Assembly: GCF_006345805.1 (NCBI RefSeq)
Contig: NC_043006.1
Location: 81,468,001 to 81,532,000 of the forward strand
Direction of reading: 5' to 3'
Origin: Octopus sinensis
Taxonomy: Eukaryota
DNA length: 64,000 bases
The notes under the pieces are model-generated. The model saw nothing but the letters and a program-made list of their open reading frames with translations. It was not told the origin of the DNA and did not search any database. Both the position numbers and the translations under genes were made by a program. Positions 38,351-50,649 of the stretch are shown in pieces (position 1 is the stretch's first letter; each line of letters begins with the position of its first letter).

Positions 38351-40448
38351 ATAACCTTTGTCGGAGACGGACCTGTTTGTTTTTGGCGGAGAGTTCTTGC
38401 TGCTTGATGTCACGTCTTTCGTCGTGAAATATTGAACTTTGAGGCTCGACTACAGGTAGGCGTTTGTTGTATTTTTTTTTTTTTGAGAGCTTAGTGGAGT
38501 TTGTTGCTCTGTATTTAATATTTTTTGGTGAGTAATAGACTCCACTCTGCTCCAGACATTTGCCTGCCTGTGGCCGTCTATAAAGACTCACTTTGCAGTG
38601 AGAATTGTGTTTTTGAATAGGCGTAGCCCCTCCGCAGAAATTAATTTCTTTGCAAAAATTAATTTCTTTCTGTCTGTGGATTACCAAGGAGTACCAAGGC
38701 AGAAAGGATTGTTTTTGCAAGGTGGACGTGAGTGTGTTGGCTCTGTCCAATATTGAACTGAAAGAAAAAAGAACAACACCAGCATAAGACCGTAGAGGTA
38801 GGTGGATTTGTTTTCGGTTGAGCTGTGTAATTTGTCAAATAGTAATTGTTTGTGTGTTGACAAATTTCGCCCAGCTCTGTGGCAATTCTGCCTGCTGTCG
38901 GGGACTGCTGTTTGTTGTTTTTGTATTGGAAAACAAAGGGGGCATATCTTCGCCCGAACTTACTGGATTTTGCCATTGAAACTTATTGAAGTTGCCCAGG
39001 AGTACCTGTTGGCCATTGATGTTTGCTGTGTGAACTGTTTTTTCTTTTCTCTATCCTTCTGTTTTTGCTTTCTTTTTGGAGCTGTTTTGGGGTTTCTTTT
39101 GAATTTTATTTTTATTCATATTTTTTTAACTGACTTGTTTATTTCTTTTTGGACTTCTTAATCCATTTGGACTTTCCTTCTTCTTTTGAATTGACTTTTA
39201 ACATGGCAAATGCAAAAAGTGCCTTAGAATGGGAGGTGGTCCAACCTAATTAATGGATTGAAAGCCTTGAGAGAAGGACGTTGGTACTACGGACCTATTC
39301 TAGGTCGCGTGACACCATCGCCCTCTTCGACAAGGGTATTATTTATAAAGAGCTGGCAAAATGCTTGCCAGCTAAAAATTATTATGTCACCAGGAGTGTC
39401 AAATACGCCACGGGGTGGCTACTTTTCGACACTCCTGAGGAGGCTTGCACTGTGGCAGGCCAGCCCCTGGAAGGGGAGGAGATTTTGTTTCTTCCCACAT
39501 ATCGTGGGAAGAAGGTGATAAGGGCCTGGGTATGTGGTCTTCCCCCGGGGACCGAAGCGGGGTGGATTGCAGTTGCCATCCGGCGGGGCCTAGGGGATAG
39601 CGAGCCCAGGCTTTTAAATACAGAGATAAAGCCTGCGGTCGACTGGGAGTGTGCAAAGACTGGGAGTGTGTTGCTCACCAACAGACGCGCAGGTTGCGGG
39701 AAAGGTGGAGGACCCGCCCCCGGGTGTGCCGGTGGAGGCTCCGATTCCCGCACCCGTAAGAAGGAAAAAGCGAAGGAAGAGAAATGGGAGACGGTCGGCG
39801 GATAACGCTGTGCCGCCGACTGAATCCGATGCTCCTCCGGTGGAAGGTGTGCCACCGGAGAGAGATGCTCTGTCAGTGGGAATTGTGCCACTGACAGGTG
39901 TGCTGAGGCCCCACCCGTGAGGAGGACGTGAAACCCGTCGTTTTCTATCTCAGGGAAGGGCCTGTCGAGAAGTGCTTGGACGGTCTTCCAGGCCAACAAC
40001 GATTGGACTCGGTTTGTATAGACTGTCCAGACTGGCCTCCGCAGGTGGCTGCGGATGTCGTGAGTCAGAAGGAGCTGTTCGAGGTCAAGGTGACCTGTAA
40101 TAAGGAAGATTTTACTTTCCTCTTTCCGGGGCCCGACCTGCCGATGCAGGCTTTCCTGCACGCGGCGCGTCATTTGCTTGGGGGCTCCGATGAGGAGGAT
40201 TGATCTTATAGATTTTCTGTGTATTGAATAATTTATTATATACATTTGTAATGGACTATTAAGACCAATAATTGTCGTTTTTGATGGAAAAAAGAGAACA
40301 ATGTTTTAGAGAAGCAGGAAATCAGTGGGCGTTTTCTGCCTTCTCTCATCAATATCATCCTTGTGTCATCATTCACCTCATCAATGTATATGTCCAGCCA
40401 GCAAGCTGCTCTTTGTAATGCCTTTGTGGCAAATTTTAATGAAATAAT
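38351..40448 (+). mobile_element. ORF1-only retroelement-like insertion (L1/Tx1-type ORF1 remnant at 39203-40203)
   Basis: 8-bp direct repeat GTAGCTTG at 38343-38350 and 40449-40456. Long T-rich leader, then a GC-rich disrupted ORF (MANAKSALEW...GWLLFDTPEEA...RAWVCGLPP..., RRM-like) with a Pro/Lys-rich tract. No RT motifs. Clade assignment is inference. Confidence 0.6.
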
Positions 40449-40595
40449 GTAGCTTGCTTCTTAACCACATGGTTCCGGGTTCAGTCCCACTGTGTGGCAA
40501 TTTGAGCATGTCTTCTACTATAGCCTCGGGCTGACCAAACCCTTGAGAGTGGATTTGGTAGACAGAAACTGAAAGAAGCACGTCGTATATATGTA

Positions 40596-42570
40596 CTAGC
40601 AGAATTGCCCGGCGTTGCTCGGGGCTGAATTGCTTGAAACTACTGTTAATGATTGCACTGAATTATGATGATTATTCAGGCAAATATTGATATAAGTTTA
40701 CGGTGGGAGATAAGGACTTAACGATCAAACGTGTGCCATTGCATTGTTTTGGGGGAACGAAATTTCTGATGAGCATTATAGGGGCACCAACTTTAAGTTT
40801 GAGAAAGTGTGGTGGTAGTCCGGGGTGCTCAAAGGAATTGAGTACCTCTATTGGATAGTTGATGACGTCCTCTGGGTCAGGAGTTGTATCGATAGACTGA
40901 TATACATAGACTTCCCCAGGAATGAGTTTTAGCATTTCATCATTAATATGGTGAACAGTTTTATTCCTCGGGGCCAGTATAGCCTTTTTGCCAATCCAAT
41001 CCATATTCTGATAATTAGCTTGTAGATCTGGGAACACTGCATCTCTGAGATCAGAAGGCGTCTTAACAATGGTACAAATGAATCGATGGCAATATTACCA
41101 TTTTCATCCCCTGGTATTTTGCCTTCGCCAAGTGCAAGGAGGGCGTGAGGAAATGCTGCTGATGTGATATTACGTCGCATATGAGCACGCATATTGGTGT
41201 GAAGTTTGAGAGTTACTTCCTTTTATTTAAAAAAATATGCATTAAAATGGAAAAAAATTATGGTAAATTATTTGTAAAATCATAGACTCATCGTAGACGC
41301 GCGCTAATACCCAGAAGGGCTCGATATGAATCACGACTATAAGATACCCGGTTTTGGTTAAACTGCATCGCAAAATGTGGGAGTAGTTAGGAATCTAAAT
41401 CGGAGTAGACAGACACACAAACCTTTCTTTTATATATAAATATGTTCGTCCTAAAAAACTTTGTATGGATTGAATGGTTACCTCTATGGAATATATACAC
41501 GCACATTATAAACATGTGTGTATAGATGAATATATAAATACATTTAAATATCTATACACTTTTGGGCGATCTTTCTGTTTCTTAGAGATAACTTTAGATC
41601 TTATTTTCGTCCTAAAAAACTTTGTATGGAGTGAATGGTTACCTCTATGGAAATATATACACACACGTTATACATACATGTGTGCATAGATGAATATATA
41701 AATACATTTATATATCTATATACACTTTTGGGCGATCTTTCTGCTACTTAGAGATAACTTTAGATCTTATTTTCGTCGTAAAAAACTTTGTGCGGAGTGA
41801 ATGGTTACGTCTATAGAAATATATACACACACATTATACATACATCTGTGTATAGATGAATATATAAATACATTTAAATATCTATATACACTTTTGGGCG
41901 ATCTTTCTGCTACTTGTATATACTTTAGATCTTATATTCGTCCTAAAAAAAACTTTGTATGGAGTGAAAGGTTACCTCTATGGAAATATATACACACACA
42001 TTATACATACATCTGTGTATAGATGAATATATAAATACATTTAAATATCTATATACACTTTTGGGCGATCTTTCTGCTACTTGGATATAGGTCTTATATT
42101 CGTCCTAAAAAACTTTCCTGTCACACACTCACGCACACGCACACACACACGCACCCTCACACACACACATACACACACACACACACACACTCACACACAC
42201 GCACGTTAGCTTACAATTTTATTTATATATTTGCGTGTCTATGTGTGTAAATAGGAAGTGGGAGGCAGAGTGAAAGAGTCACTCACTACAGAAAGTGGAT
42301 TACTTTCACTTTATTCGTTGCACACTGTGTGTGTGTGTTTGCGTGTGCTGTATCCCACACTAAGAGAAGCATTTGACTCATACACCACAATGTGAGTTTT
42401 CTCTAAATTTTGCTTAATTGGGGTTGAAATTTTAAAAAGTGTACCTGTCACGACCCGATACATTCTACTCTTAAAAATGCTAGGTAAATTGTAATTGAAG
42501 AAATCCTATATTGTAGATTTCTATAAGATACAAAGGGAGGCAGATAAAATCTGCCTTTTATAATAAGAGA
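40596..42570 (-). mobile_element. Composite Helitron carrying a PIF1-like helicase fragment and a minisatellite
   Basis: Minus strand A|TCTCTTATTATAAAAGGCAG ... CCGAGCAACGCCGG hairpin ...TGCTAG|T. Helicase motifs KLHTNMRAH, KAILAPRN, PIEVLNSFEHPGLPPHFLKLKVGAPIMLIRN..CNGTRLIV at 40690-41215. Confidence 0.85.
41445..42116. repeat. Minisatellite, about 161-166-bp unit, four copies plus a partial fifth
   Basis: Unit starts TTCGTC(C/G)TAAAAAA at 41445, 41606, 41772, 41937 and 42099. Confidence 0.95.
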
Positions 42571-42984
42571 TATATATATATGCATATATATATATATATG
42601 ATATATATATATATATATAATATGTATATATATATATATGTAAGTGTGTGTATATGTTTGTGTGTCTCTGTTTGTCCCCCAACATTGCTTGACAACCGAT
42701 GCTGGTGTGTTTACGTCCCCGTAACTTAGCGGTTCGGCAAAAGAGACCGATAGAATAAGTACTAGGCTTACAAAGAATAAGTCCTGGGCTCGATTTCTTC
42801 GACTAAAGGCGGTACTCCAGAATGGCCACAGTCACATGACTGAAGCAAGTAAAAAAAAGAGTAAAAGAGTACGCGGAGCCTCAAAAGTCTCCTTGCGCGG
42901 GTGAAGTGCGTATGTTACAAACACATTGTATATAGAGAGAGGAGATGTTATCAGATGACGAAAAACAACATTCATTAAGAATAC

Positions 42985-43394
42985 TCTTAACTCTTTTACT
43001 TGTTTCAGTCATTTGACTGCGGCCATGCTGGAGCACCGCCTTTAGTCGAGCAAATCGACCCCGGGACTTATTCTTTGTAAGCCCAGTACTTATTCTATCG
43101 GTCTCTTTTGCCGAACCGCTAAGTGACGGCGACGTAAACACACAGCATCGGTTGTCAAGCAATGCTAGGGGGACAAACACAGACACACAAACACACACAT
43201 ACATACATATATATATATATACATATATACGACAGGCTTCTTTCAGTTTCCGTCTACCAAATCCACTCACAAGGCATTGGTCGGCCCGGGGCTATAGCAG
43301 AAGACACTTGCCCAAGATGCCACGCAGTGGGACTGAACCCGGAACCATGTGGTTGGTTAGCAAGCTACTTACCACACAGCCACTCCTGCGCCTA
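42985..43394 (-). mobile_element. SINE family B, full length
   Basis: Complete head GGCGCAGGAGTGGCTGTGTGGTAAG through tail GTAAAAGAG on the minus strand. Confidence 0.9.
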
Positions 43395-43724
43395 TGAATG
43401 AATAGATTTGTTATATAATGCCTTGTTTTCTTTTTTAAAAAAAAACCAACAACAATAAGGTTTGATCTGAGAAGAATTTGGTGATTATTTCTCTCAAATC
43501 AAACAACCAGATAGATACTCCCTCAGTTGCAGTTTGCCGTTGCCTGAATCGAAGACAAGCCTGAATCTAAGAGAAACTGATTCAGTAGATCTCTTATAAA
43601 AAGGAAAGATCCGTTTAAAAAGAAAAGAAAAAAAACAGATCTGTTATTAGAAAATGTTCCAAACATGACGTTATGCAACGTATACGTTTTTTTTTTGTTT
43701 TTTTCTTCTTCTTTTTGTTTAGAA

Positions 43725-43935
43725 GTGTGGCTGTGTGGTAAGAAGCTTACTTCCCATTTACATGGTTCAGGGTTCAGTCCCATTGTGTGGCATCTGGGGA
43801 AAATGTTTTCTACTATAGCCCCAGGCTGACAAAAGCCTTGTGGGTAGATTTGGTAGATGGAAAGAGAAAGAAGCCCATCATATATTCTATAATGGCGGTG
43901 CCCCAGCATGGCCACAGCTCGTGAGCTGAAACTAG
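43725..43935 (+). mobile_element. Short SINE B-related variant
   Basis: Family B head and body joined directly to a GGCGGTGCCCCAGCATGGCCACAG tail. Confidence 0.65.
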
Positions 43936-44696
43936 GTGTAATGGAATGAAATGAAAATGGTAGGTCAGATTTGAAGATTGGTTTTGTAACAAGTCGAACT
44001 ATCGATAGCTTCTCTCTTTCCACGTCCCTTTCATCGGTCCCAATTTCGGATAACAACAGGTGGATGACAAACTAACAAAGGGGCTTTTATCTGCTAGAAA
44101 TAGCAGTTAAATCTTTCGCAAATCATATCCTACATTCTTAGAAATGGATTCATTGTACGGTCTGGTCTCTGATAAATTGTATCAGAAAGGAAAAAGAATA
44201 TGCATTATGGCCACGACACATATGCGTTTGCTGATAAAGGTTTGCTCGATCGACCAGGTTTGATTACGGGGCTATACAATAATTGTAAAGAGAACAGTAA
44301 GCGGTCAATAGCCAAGTGAAAGGAAAAGTGAAAGGAAGCAACATAGAAAGAAAGAAAGAGTGAAAGAGAAGTGGGGATAAGTAGAAAAGAAGGAGGAAAC
44401 AGATTCGTGTTCAGGCGAGTTAGGAAACGATAATTAAAAGCGGTCACTAGAAAGAAGGCGGAGAAAACATTGAGATATTGAATGAAAGAATGAATGGATC
44501 AATCAACGGATAGCAAAAGACGAAAGAGAAGAATGAAGAAGGAATGAAAGAAACAACGTGAGCGAAAACGAGTTGAGGAATGATGAAAATTAAAGCTAAA
44601 GAATGATATACCTAGGCGGAGGCATGCGGGAAAATATACATATAGAGGGAGGGAAAGAAGAAAGGAAAGAAGGAAAGAAAGACAGAAAGAAGGAAG

Positions 44697-44736
<40 letters not shown>

Positions 44737-44743
44737 AAGATGT

Positions 44744-44776
<33 letters not shown>

Positions 44777-44837
44777 CAGACGGACGGACGGATGGATGGA
44801 TGGATGGATGGATGGATGGATGGATAGATGGATGGAT

Positions 44838-44888
<51 letters not shown>

Positions 44889-44906
44889 AAGATAGATACA
44901 TATATG

Positions 44907-44962
<56 letters not shown>

Positions 44963-45401
44963 TGTTTCTTTATTAGCCACATAGGGCTGCACACAGACGG
45001 GACAGATTACAAAGTAGAGCTTTTCTTTTTAGGGGAGAGAAAAAAAAGTGGGGTAGGTTTTCGATCAAAAGTGATCGTAAAAGGGAAAGAAGGAAAAAAA
45101 ATTTAAAAGGGAAAAGAAAAAAATGATCAATAGGGATTGTGTATCACAGTGCCATGATGTAAAGTGTAAAGGGGGAAGCAGATAAAGTTTATCCGTTGAA
45201 AGAAAAGACCACGGTAACCTCGGTCAATAATGTTACATGTTACCACCATTGTTTGCAAATGGGTAACCCTCTGTTTTAAATTTTCCGGGTTCATAGGATT
45301 ATGTTCAAGGTGGCTTCGTCATTCATACGTGCCATCCTTGCTACATTCACCCATCTTTTTTTGAAACATTCGCTAGACAAAACTTGCCTCTCTCCTCTCA
45401 C
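44963..45401 (-). mobile_element. Tx1/L1-like LINE 3' end in (GATA)n (copy 1)
   Basis: Homologous to 45482-45975; both ends lie in (GATA)n. Confidence 0.8.
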
Positions 45402-45421
45402 AGATAGATAGATAGATAGAT

Positions 45422-45481
<60 letters not shown>

Positions 45482-45482
<1 letters not shown>

Positions 45483-46582
45483 GTTTCTTTATTAGCCACA
45501 CAGGGCTGCACACAGCCAGGACAAAATTACAAGGTAGAGCTTTTCTTTTGGGGGTAAAAGAAGGGCGTTTGGTTTTCGATCAAAAAAGATCGTAAATGGA
45601 AAGAAAGAGGACAAAAAAAGGTGGGGTATAAAATAAAAAAATAAAAAAAGGGGAAGTGAGGAAAAAAGGGAAAGGAAAAAAATTTGATCAATAGGGATCG
45701 TTATCACAGAAATGTCAATATGAAATGTAATGGGGAGGACAGGTGAGGTTTACCCGTGGAAAGAAAAGCCTACGGAAAAGAGCACAGTAACCTCGGTCAA
45801 TGAAGTCACATGTTATATATATATATTTTTTTTGCAAATAAGCGACTCTCTGTATTAATTTTTACTGTTCATAGAATCATAGTCAAGGTGGCTTCGTCAT
45901 TCATACGTGCCATCCTTGCTACATTCACCCATCTTTTTTTTAAACATTCACTAGACAAAACTTGCCTCTCTACTTTCACTTTCCTCTTCAAGTGATACTT
46001 GAAGAAGTTGATGAGAGATTGACCAGAGAGGAAAGTGTTTGTCTCTAATCCTTTCAGGCGCGTTCACCAGATACATTCTTTCGCCATAGCCACATGTATA
46101 ATAAAATAGCTCTTCCTTCCCGTTTGAAGGAAGAAGGCGTGACGATATTAACGATAGACTCGGCTGATAAACCGACACGTCCCACACGTGACAGCAGTCG
46201 TTCGACATAAGCCCACAGGTCGGAGATTGTTGGACACTGCACGATTGCGTGCAGAGCGGTTTCGTCGCTCTGCCCGCATCTCGGGCAGGTCGGCCCCGTG
46301 TTTCTCGAGCCATGCCTATAGAGCTTATCCCGAACGGGTAGCGCTTCTCGGTAGCATCGCCAGGCCAGGGATCTCTGGAAGTTGTCCATAGGTCCCGGCC
46401 CGAAAGTCGTTTCAAACAGGCGGGTCAGGTATTCCTCGTCGATGCCCAGGTTTGCCCCAAGATCGTCGTCGTACCTCCCCTCCACTAATCCCCTATAGAA
46501 TGCTTTGGTTGTGTTGAAGTCACTCAAGGTCGACCCGGGACGGCAGAGTTACTTGAGAGCAACGCGACACTCGCGGTGCCAT
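45482..46582 (-). mobile_element. Tx1/L1-like LINE 3' end with ORF2 C-terminal zinc-binding region (copy 2)
   Basis: RSLAWRCYREALPVRDKL...CPRCGQSDETALHAIVQCP (CX2CX8HX4C), followed by a pyrimidine-rich 3' UTR ending GCTAATAAAGAAACA. Flanked by (GATA)n. Confidence 0.85.
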
Positions 46583-47458
46583 TAGATAGATAGATAGATA
46601 GAGAGATAGATAGATAGATAGACAAACAGATGAAGAGAAATAGAGATCCGCGGATAGATATTTTGAGGCAGTACCTGTGACCCTTCGTAAATTATCCGAT
46701 GTGGAGAGGAGAGAGTCGAAGTTATCCTCAAAGCGGGGACATAAACTCTGCAAGCTACATACATCAGAAGAACAAGTTGAAAACTCCATGATTTCTATAA
46801 GGGAAAGAAGTGGTGATTTCATGAAACAAGCTGTACGGAATAGAAGAGCTAAAATATGGAAGGATAAGATATTTTAGCACAACCGTTTTGGTACAACCGC
46901 TCTGGCGCCGCCTGTTTAACGTCGCTGATTCGATGCTGACTTGATATCCGAAGTTTTAACGTTTCTCTCGTTCTCTCCCTCCTCTCTGTCTATCTTTTTC
47001 TCTGTCCCTCTCTGTTTATGTGTGTTAGCATATTTCTCAATCTATATGAGAAGGGATATATTTATGTCAGTCGTGTTCAATTAATAAATAGTAATGTTTG
47101 TCTTTCTTTCTATCTGTATGTGTATATTTTGACGTGCTCATGGGTTTGTGTTTGTGTGCTTTTGCCTCCATCGTTAGAAATTACTGTCGCCAAAACAGGT
47201 TGCTTCTGCAGTCAACCGTGCAAGATCAGTGTCTACAAAACTGTGCCCGATCGTCTACTTCTGCGAATACAGCTGCTACAAGCATCTTGACGAAAAAACA
47301 ATAAAAAAATTATGGCACATTATTGGAAAAATATCATAAAATGGCAAACAAGAATATCTGCTGACTTATAGCTTATTACAGAATATCGATTCACGAAATT
47401 CACCTTCCATTAGCCAAAATTGAGTGGACTGTAAGCAAGGACCATCAAGATCACAAGA

Positions 47459-47517
47459 CAGTGGTTCCCAACATGGTGTCCGCGGACCCCTGGTGGTCCG
47501 GAAAAACCGAATTCAAA

Positions 47518-47522
<5 letters not shown>
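47459..47522 (+). mobile_element. hAT (Charlie-type) terminus remnant
   Basis: CAGTGGTTCCCAAC..GGTGTCCGCGGACCCCTGG; partner end not found. Confidence 0.55.
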
Positions 47523-47552
<30 letters not shown>

Positions 47553-47558
<6 letters not shown>

Positions 47559-47826
47559 TATAATTATGAGTATAATTATAATTAGGGTTCTGCAAAAAAA
47601 TTGCTTCACCACATACCGAAATTTAGAAATAGCAGTCAAAACTGGTTATTTCTCTACCATAAGAAAATCTTCTAAATTTCGGTATGTGGTGAAGCAATTT
47701 TTTGCGGAACCCTAATTATAATTATAGTCATAATTACAAAAATTTTTGTTTAAGTTTACCGATAATGGTTCTTTTAACATGCCGAACTACTTGATAAAAT
47801 TAATTAATTTTACCCTTTATTATTAT

Positions 47827-47829
<3 letters not shown>
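47553..47829. repeat. Foldback element in (TA)n: ~75-bp inverted arms (47553-47628 / 47670-47744) plus an ~85-bp unpaired tail
   Basis: TTGCTTCACCACATACCGAAATTTAGAA / TTCTAAATTTCGGTATGTGGTGAAGCAA. Confidence 0.9.
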
Positions 47830-47864
<35 letters not shown>

Positions 47865-47865
<1 letters not shown>

Positions 47866-50388
47866 GCTGTATTCAGTCAAACCAACAACTTAACAGTAGT
47901 TGGGCTCTACAGACCACCCCAAACGCCCCTACCATGCATCAAGGAATGCCACAACAACATAAAGTGTTTCATTCAGCAGTGTCAACCTGACAACATTTTA
48001 ATGATGGGAGACTTCAACCTTCCCGGGGTTGACTGGTCTACAAACAGTCTGCCGCCAGGTTCTTCTCTCTCAACCCCTGACAGGTAGGCAGTGGAATCGC
48101 TTCTTGACTTCATGGATGATTTCTTCCTGTCCCAACTGGTGCTCGAACCAACGAGATGTCACAAAAACGTCTTAGACTTAATTTTCAGCAATCACACTGA
48201 TACTATCCACAATATTGCAGTGGAGAAAACTCTACTCTCTGATCATGACATGGTTCTCTGTGATCTGAGATTTCACCGGCCAAAATGCAAAACAAACGTC
48301 ATCCCTCTTGTCCATCCATTTGACACTATGGATTTCCACAATGCAAACTGGGAAGCGATCAATAATGATCTTGCACAAGTCGATTGGTCCTTCACGCACA
48401 CATACACACCCACTAACATCAAAAACATCAAAAAGTCCTGGCAGTCATTTGTAGACACCATTACGAACATATGTGCAAAACACACCCCATTAAGATCTGC
48501 AAACAAATCTAAGTGTCGTATCCCTAGAAATAGAAAATCTCTCATCAGGAAAATTAAAAGAATTAACAAAAAAATCAACAAGCTGAAATACTGTTAACAG
48601 CAACACACCAACCTGACTGCCATCTCGTCGCTAGAGATTAAAAAACATAAACTCCAAAACAACATGATGTCTATCATCAATAGTCAGAGAAGAGCTGAAG
48701 AGGCCTGGGCCATTGAGAAGATCAAACTCAATCCCAAAGTGTTTTTATCATTTGCAAAAAAACACAGAGTCACTGGTTCTACTGTTGGCCCTCTGATTGA
48801 TGAAAATGGTACTCTTCAAGACCATAGGAGAGATATTGCAGAAACAATATTGCTTTGTTTTCAGCAATCCTGATATGACTGATCTGGGCTGTATCAGTGA
48901 TGTTACTCCCCAACACACTTTATCGGACATAACCTTTGGCGCTCCTGATGTCTTAGCAGCAATAAAAGAAATGAAGCATAATTCAGCAGTAGGTCCCGAT
49001 AGGTCCCCTGCTTGTGTCTTGAAGATGTGTCAACACCAACTTGCACCCCCTCTAGCCAATCTGTGGCGGAACTCACTGGATGCTGGATATATACCAGAAG
49101 ACCTTCTATCCCAGTCTGTTGTCCCAGTTTTCAAAAAAGGAAACAAATCGCTTGCCGTGACAGGGTTGATCATAAGATCCTTTTGAGAAAGCTGTCCAAT
49201 ATTGGTGTCACTGGAAAGCTGCTGCAGTGGATCAAGTGCTTCCTGTCTAACAGAACCCAACATGTTGTAGTCGAAGGAGTCAAATCCAGCCCAGCCAAAG
49301 TCAGCAGTGGTGTCCCACAAGGCACTGTGTTGGGCCCACTTCTCTTCATCATCTACATTAATGGTATTACTGACACCATCAAACACAGTAACATCAGAAC
49401 CTTCGCTGATGATTCCAAGCTCCAGAAGGTCATCAATGGCGTGGATGACCGAATAAGCCTTCAGTCAGACCTATTGGCTGTTGTCCAATGGGCGGAAAAG
49501 AACAACATGTTGCTAAACGAAGATAAATTCGAATTGATCCACTTTGGAAGGGAGGACGCTCTGAAACTCCCATACTCCCTTCCTTCTGGAGAAATTCTCA
49601 TGGCGTCTAACAACATCAGAGACTTGGGAGTAACAGTGGACAACAACATAAGCTGGCTACACATATAAGCAGCAAAGTTGACATGGCCCGCAGAATGTGT
49701 TCCTGGATTCTCAGAACCTTCCAGTCGAGAGATTCCCACACCATTATCCTTCTCTTCTCCACTTTTGACCGACCCCCACCTTGAATACTGCTGTCCACTG
49801 TGGTCTCCCTACACAAAACAAAATATTATGAGAACTGAAGCCCCCCAAAGGTCAATCACAAAAAAGATAGATGGCATATCAAACCTTGATTACTGGGGTA
49901 GACTAGAGAAACTGAAACTGTATTCACTCCAACGACGCCGTGAACGCTACATTATCTGTATGATGTGGAAAATATTCCATCAGCACTGTCCGAATGATGT
50001 TGGCATCACCTTCAAATTACATCCAGGGCTTGGGCCACGTGCCATCCGTCCACAACAAAAATCTAAATCGCATCACATAACGACAATACGGCACCATTAT
50101 TTCACCTCAATTGGACCCGCTCTCTTCAACATTGCACCAGGACACGTCAAAACAGAAACTGACCACACAAAATTCAAGAAGTCTTTGGACCAAATTCCTT
50201 CTCAAACAGTCCCGGACAAACCACCACACACCCGGATATGTCTCCGCAAACAATAACTCTCTAACTCTCTGCTCGAATGGGCCCGCGGTGCTCAAATCCT
50301 GAATTGAAAGACTTCGCCAGGTGGTGCTATTAGTTAGACATGGCCTGGGCCAATACTGGCCAAAACCTTTCTAAGTTTTTTCTAAGTA
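47865..50388 (+). mobile_element. CR1-group LINE, 5'-truncated ORF2 (AP endonuclease C-terminus + RT), internally deleted
   Basis: MGDFNLP, VLDLIFSN, LSDHDMV (APE); SGVPQGTVLGPLLFIIYIN, FADDSKL, RDLGVTVD (RT). Deletion near 49157. (TA)-rich on both sides. Confidence 0.9.
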
Positions 50389-50496
50389 ATATAATATATA
50401 TTAATAGTATTATATTATATATAATATATATATATTATTATTATTATTATTATTATTATTGATATATATATATATATATATATATATAACTATGCA

Positions 50497-50528
<32 letters not shown>

Positions 50529-50558
50529 CGCGAGAAAGAAGCAACAAGAATGATAGGT

Positions 50559-50649
50559 TTTTAGTACAATCGTTTCATACAAGACAGGCTTTATTAAAAG
50601 TTGTAAAAAAATTACAGCATATAACGTGTCCCGTACTCATCAGCTAAAA
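50559..50649 (-). ncRNA. Type-I hammerhead ribozyme in the inverted pLTR
   Basis: TTTTAG-CTGATGA-GTACGGGACA...TGTCTTGTAT-GAAAC GATT GTA-CTAAAA. Confidence 0.75.

Larger units (their letters stand above)
38319..42870 (+). mobile_element. SINE family B copy split into three pieces (38319-38350, 40449-40595, 42571-42870) by two insertions
   Basis: Removing 38351-40456 and 40596-42570 restores a contiguous family B head, body, microsatellite and tail. Confidence 0.8.
36507..44242. repeat. Inverted repeat pair of about 250 bp (36507-36526 + 36924-37150 vs about 43995-44242)
   Basis: CGCATATGTGTCGTGGCCATAATGCATATTC...GTCATCCACCTGTTGTTATCCG appears reverse-complemented near 44048-44230. Confidence 0.85.

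Noticed and set aside
39382-40245. 287-aa minus-strand ORF
   Set aside because: Antisense shadow of the GC-rich ORF1-like region, with no recognisable motifs.
41445-42116. Possible CRISPR-like array
   Set aside because: The whole ~163-bp unit is repeated with no unique spacers, there are no cas genes, and the context is eukaryotic.
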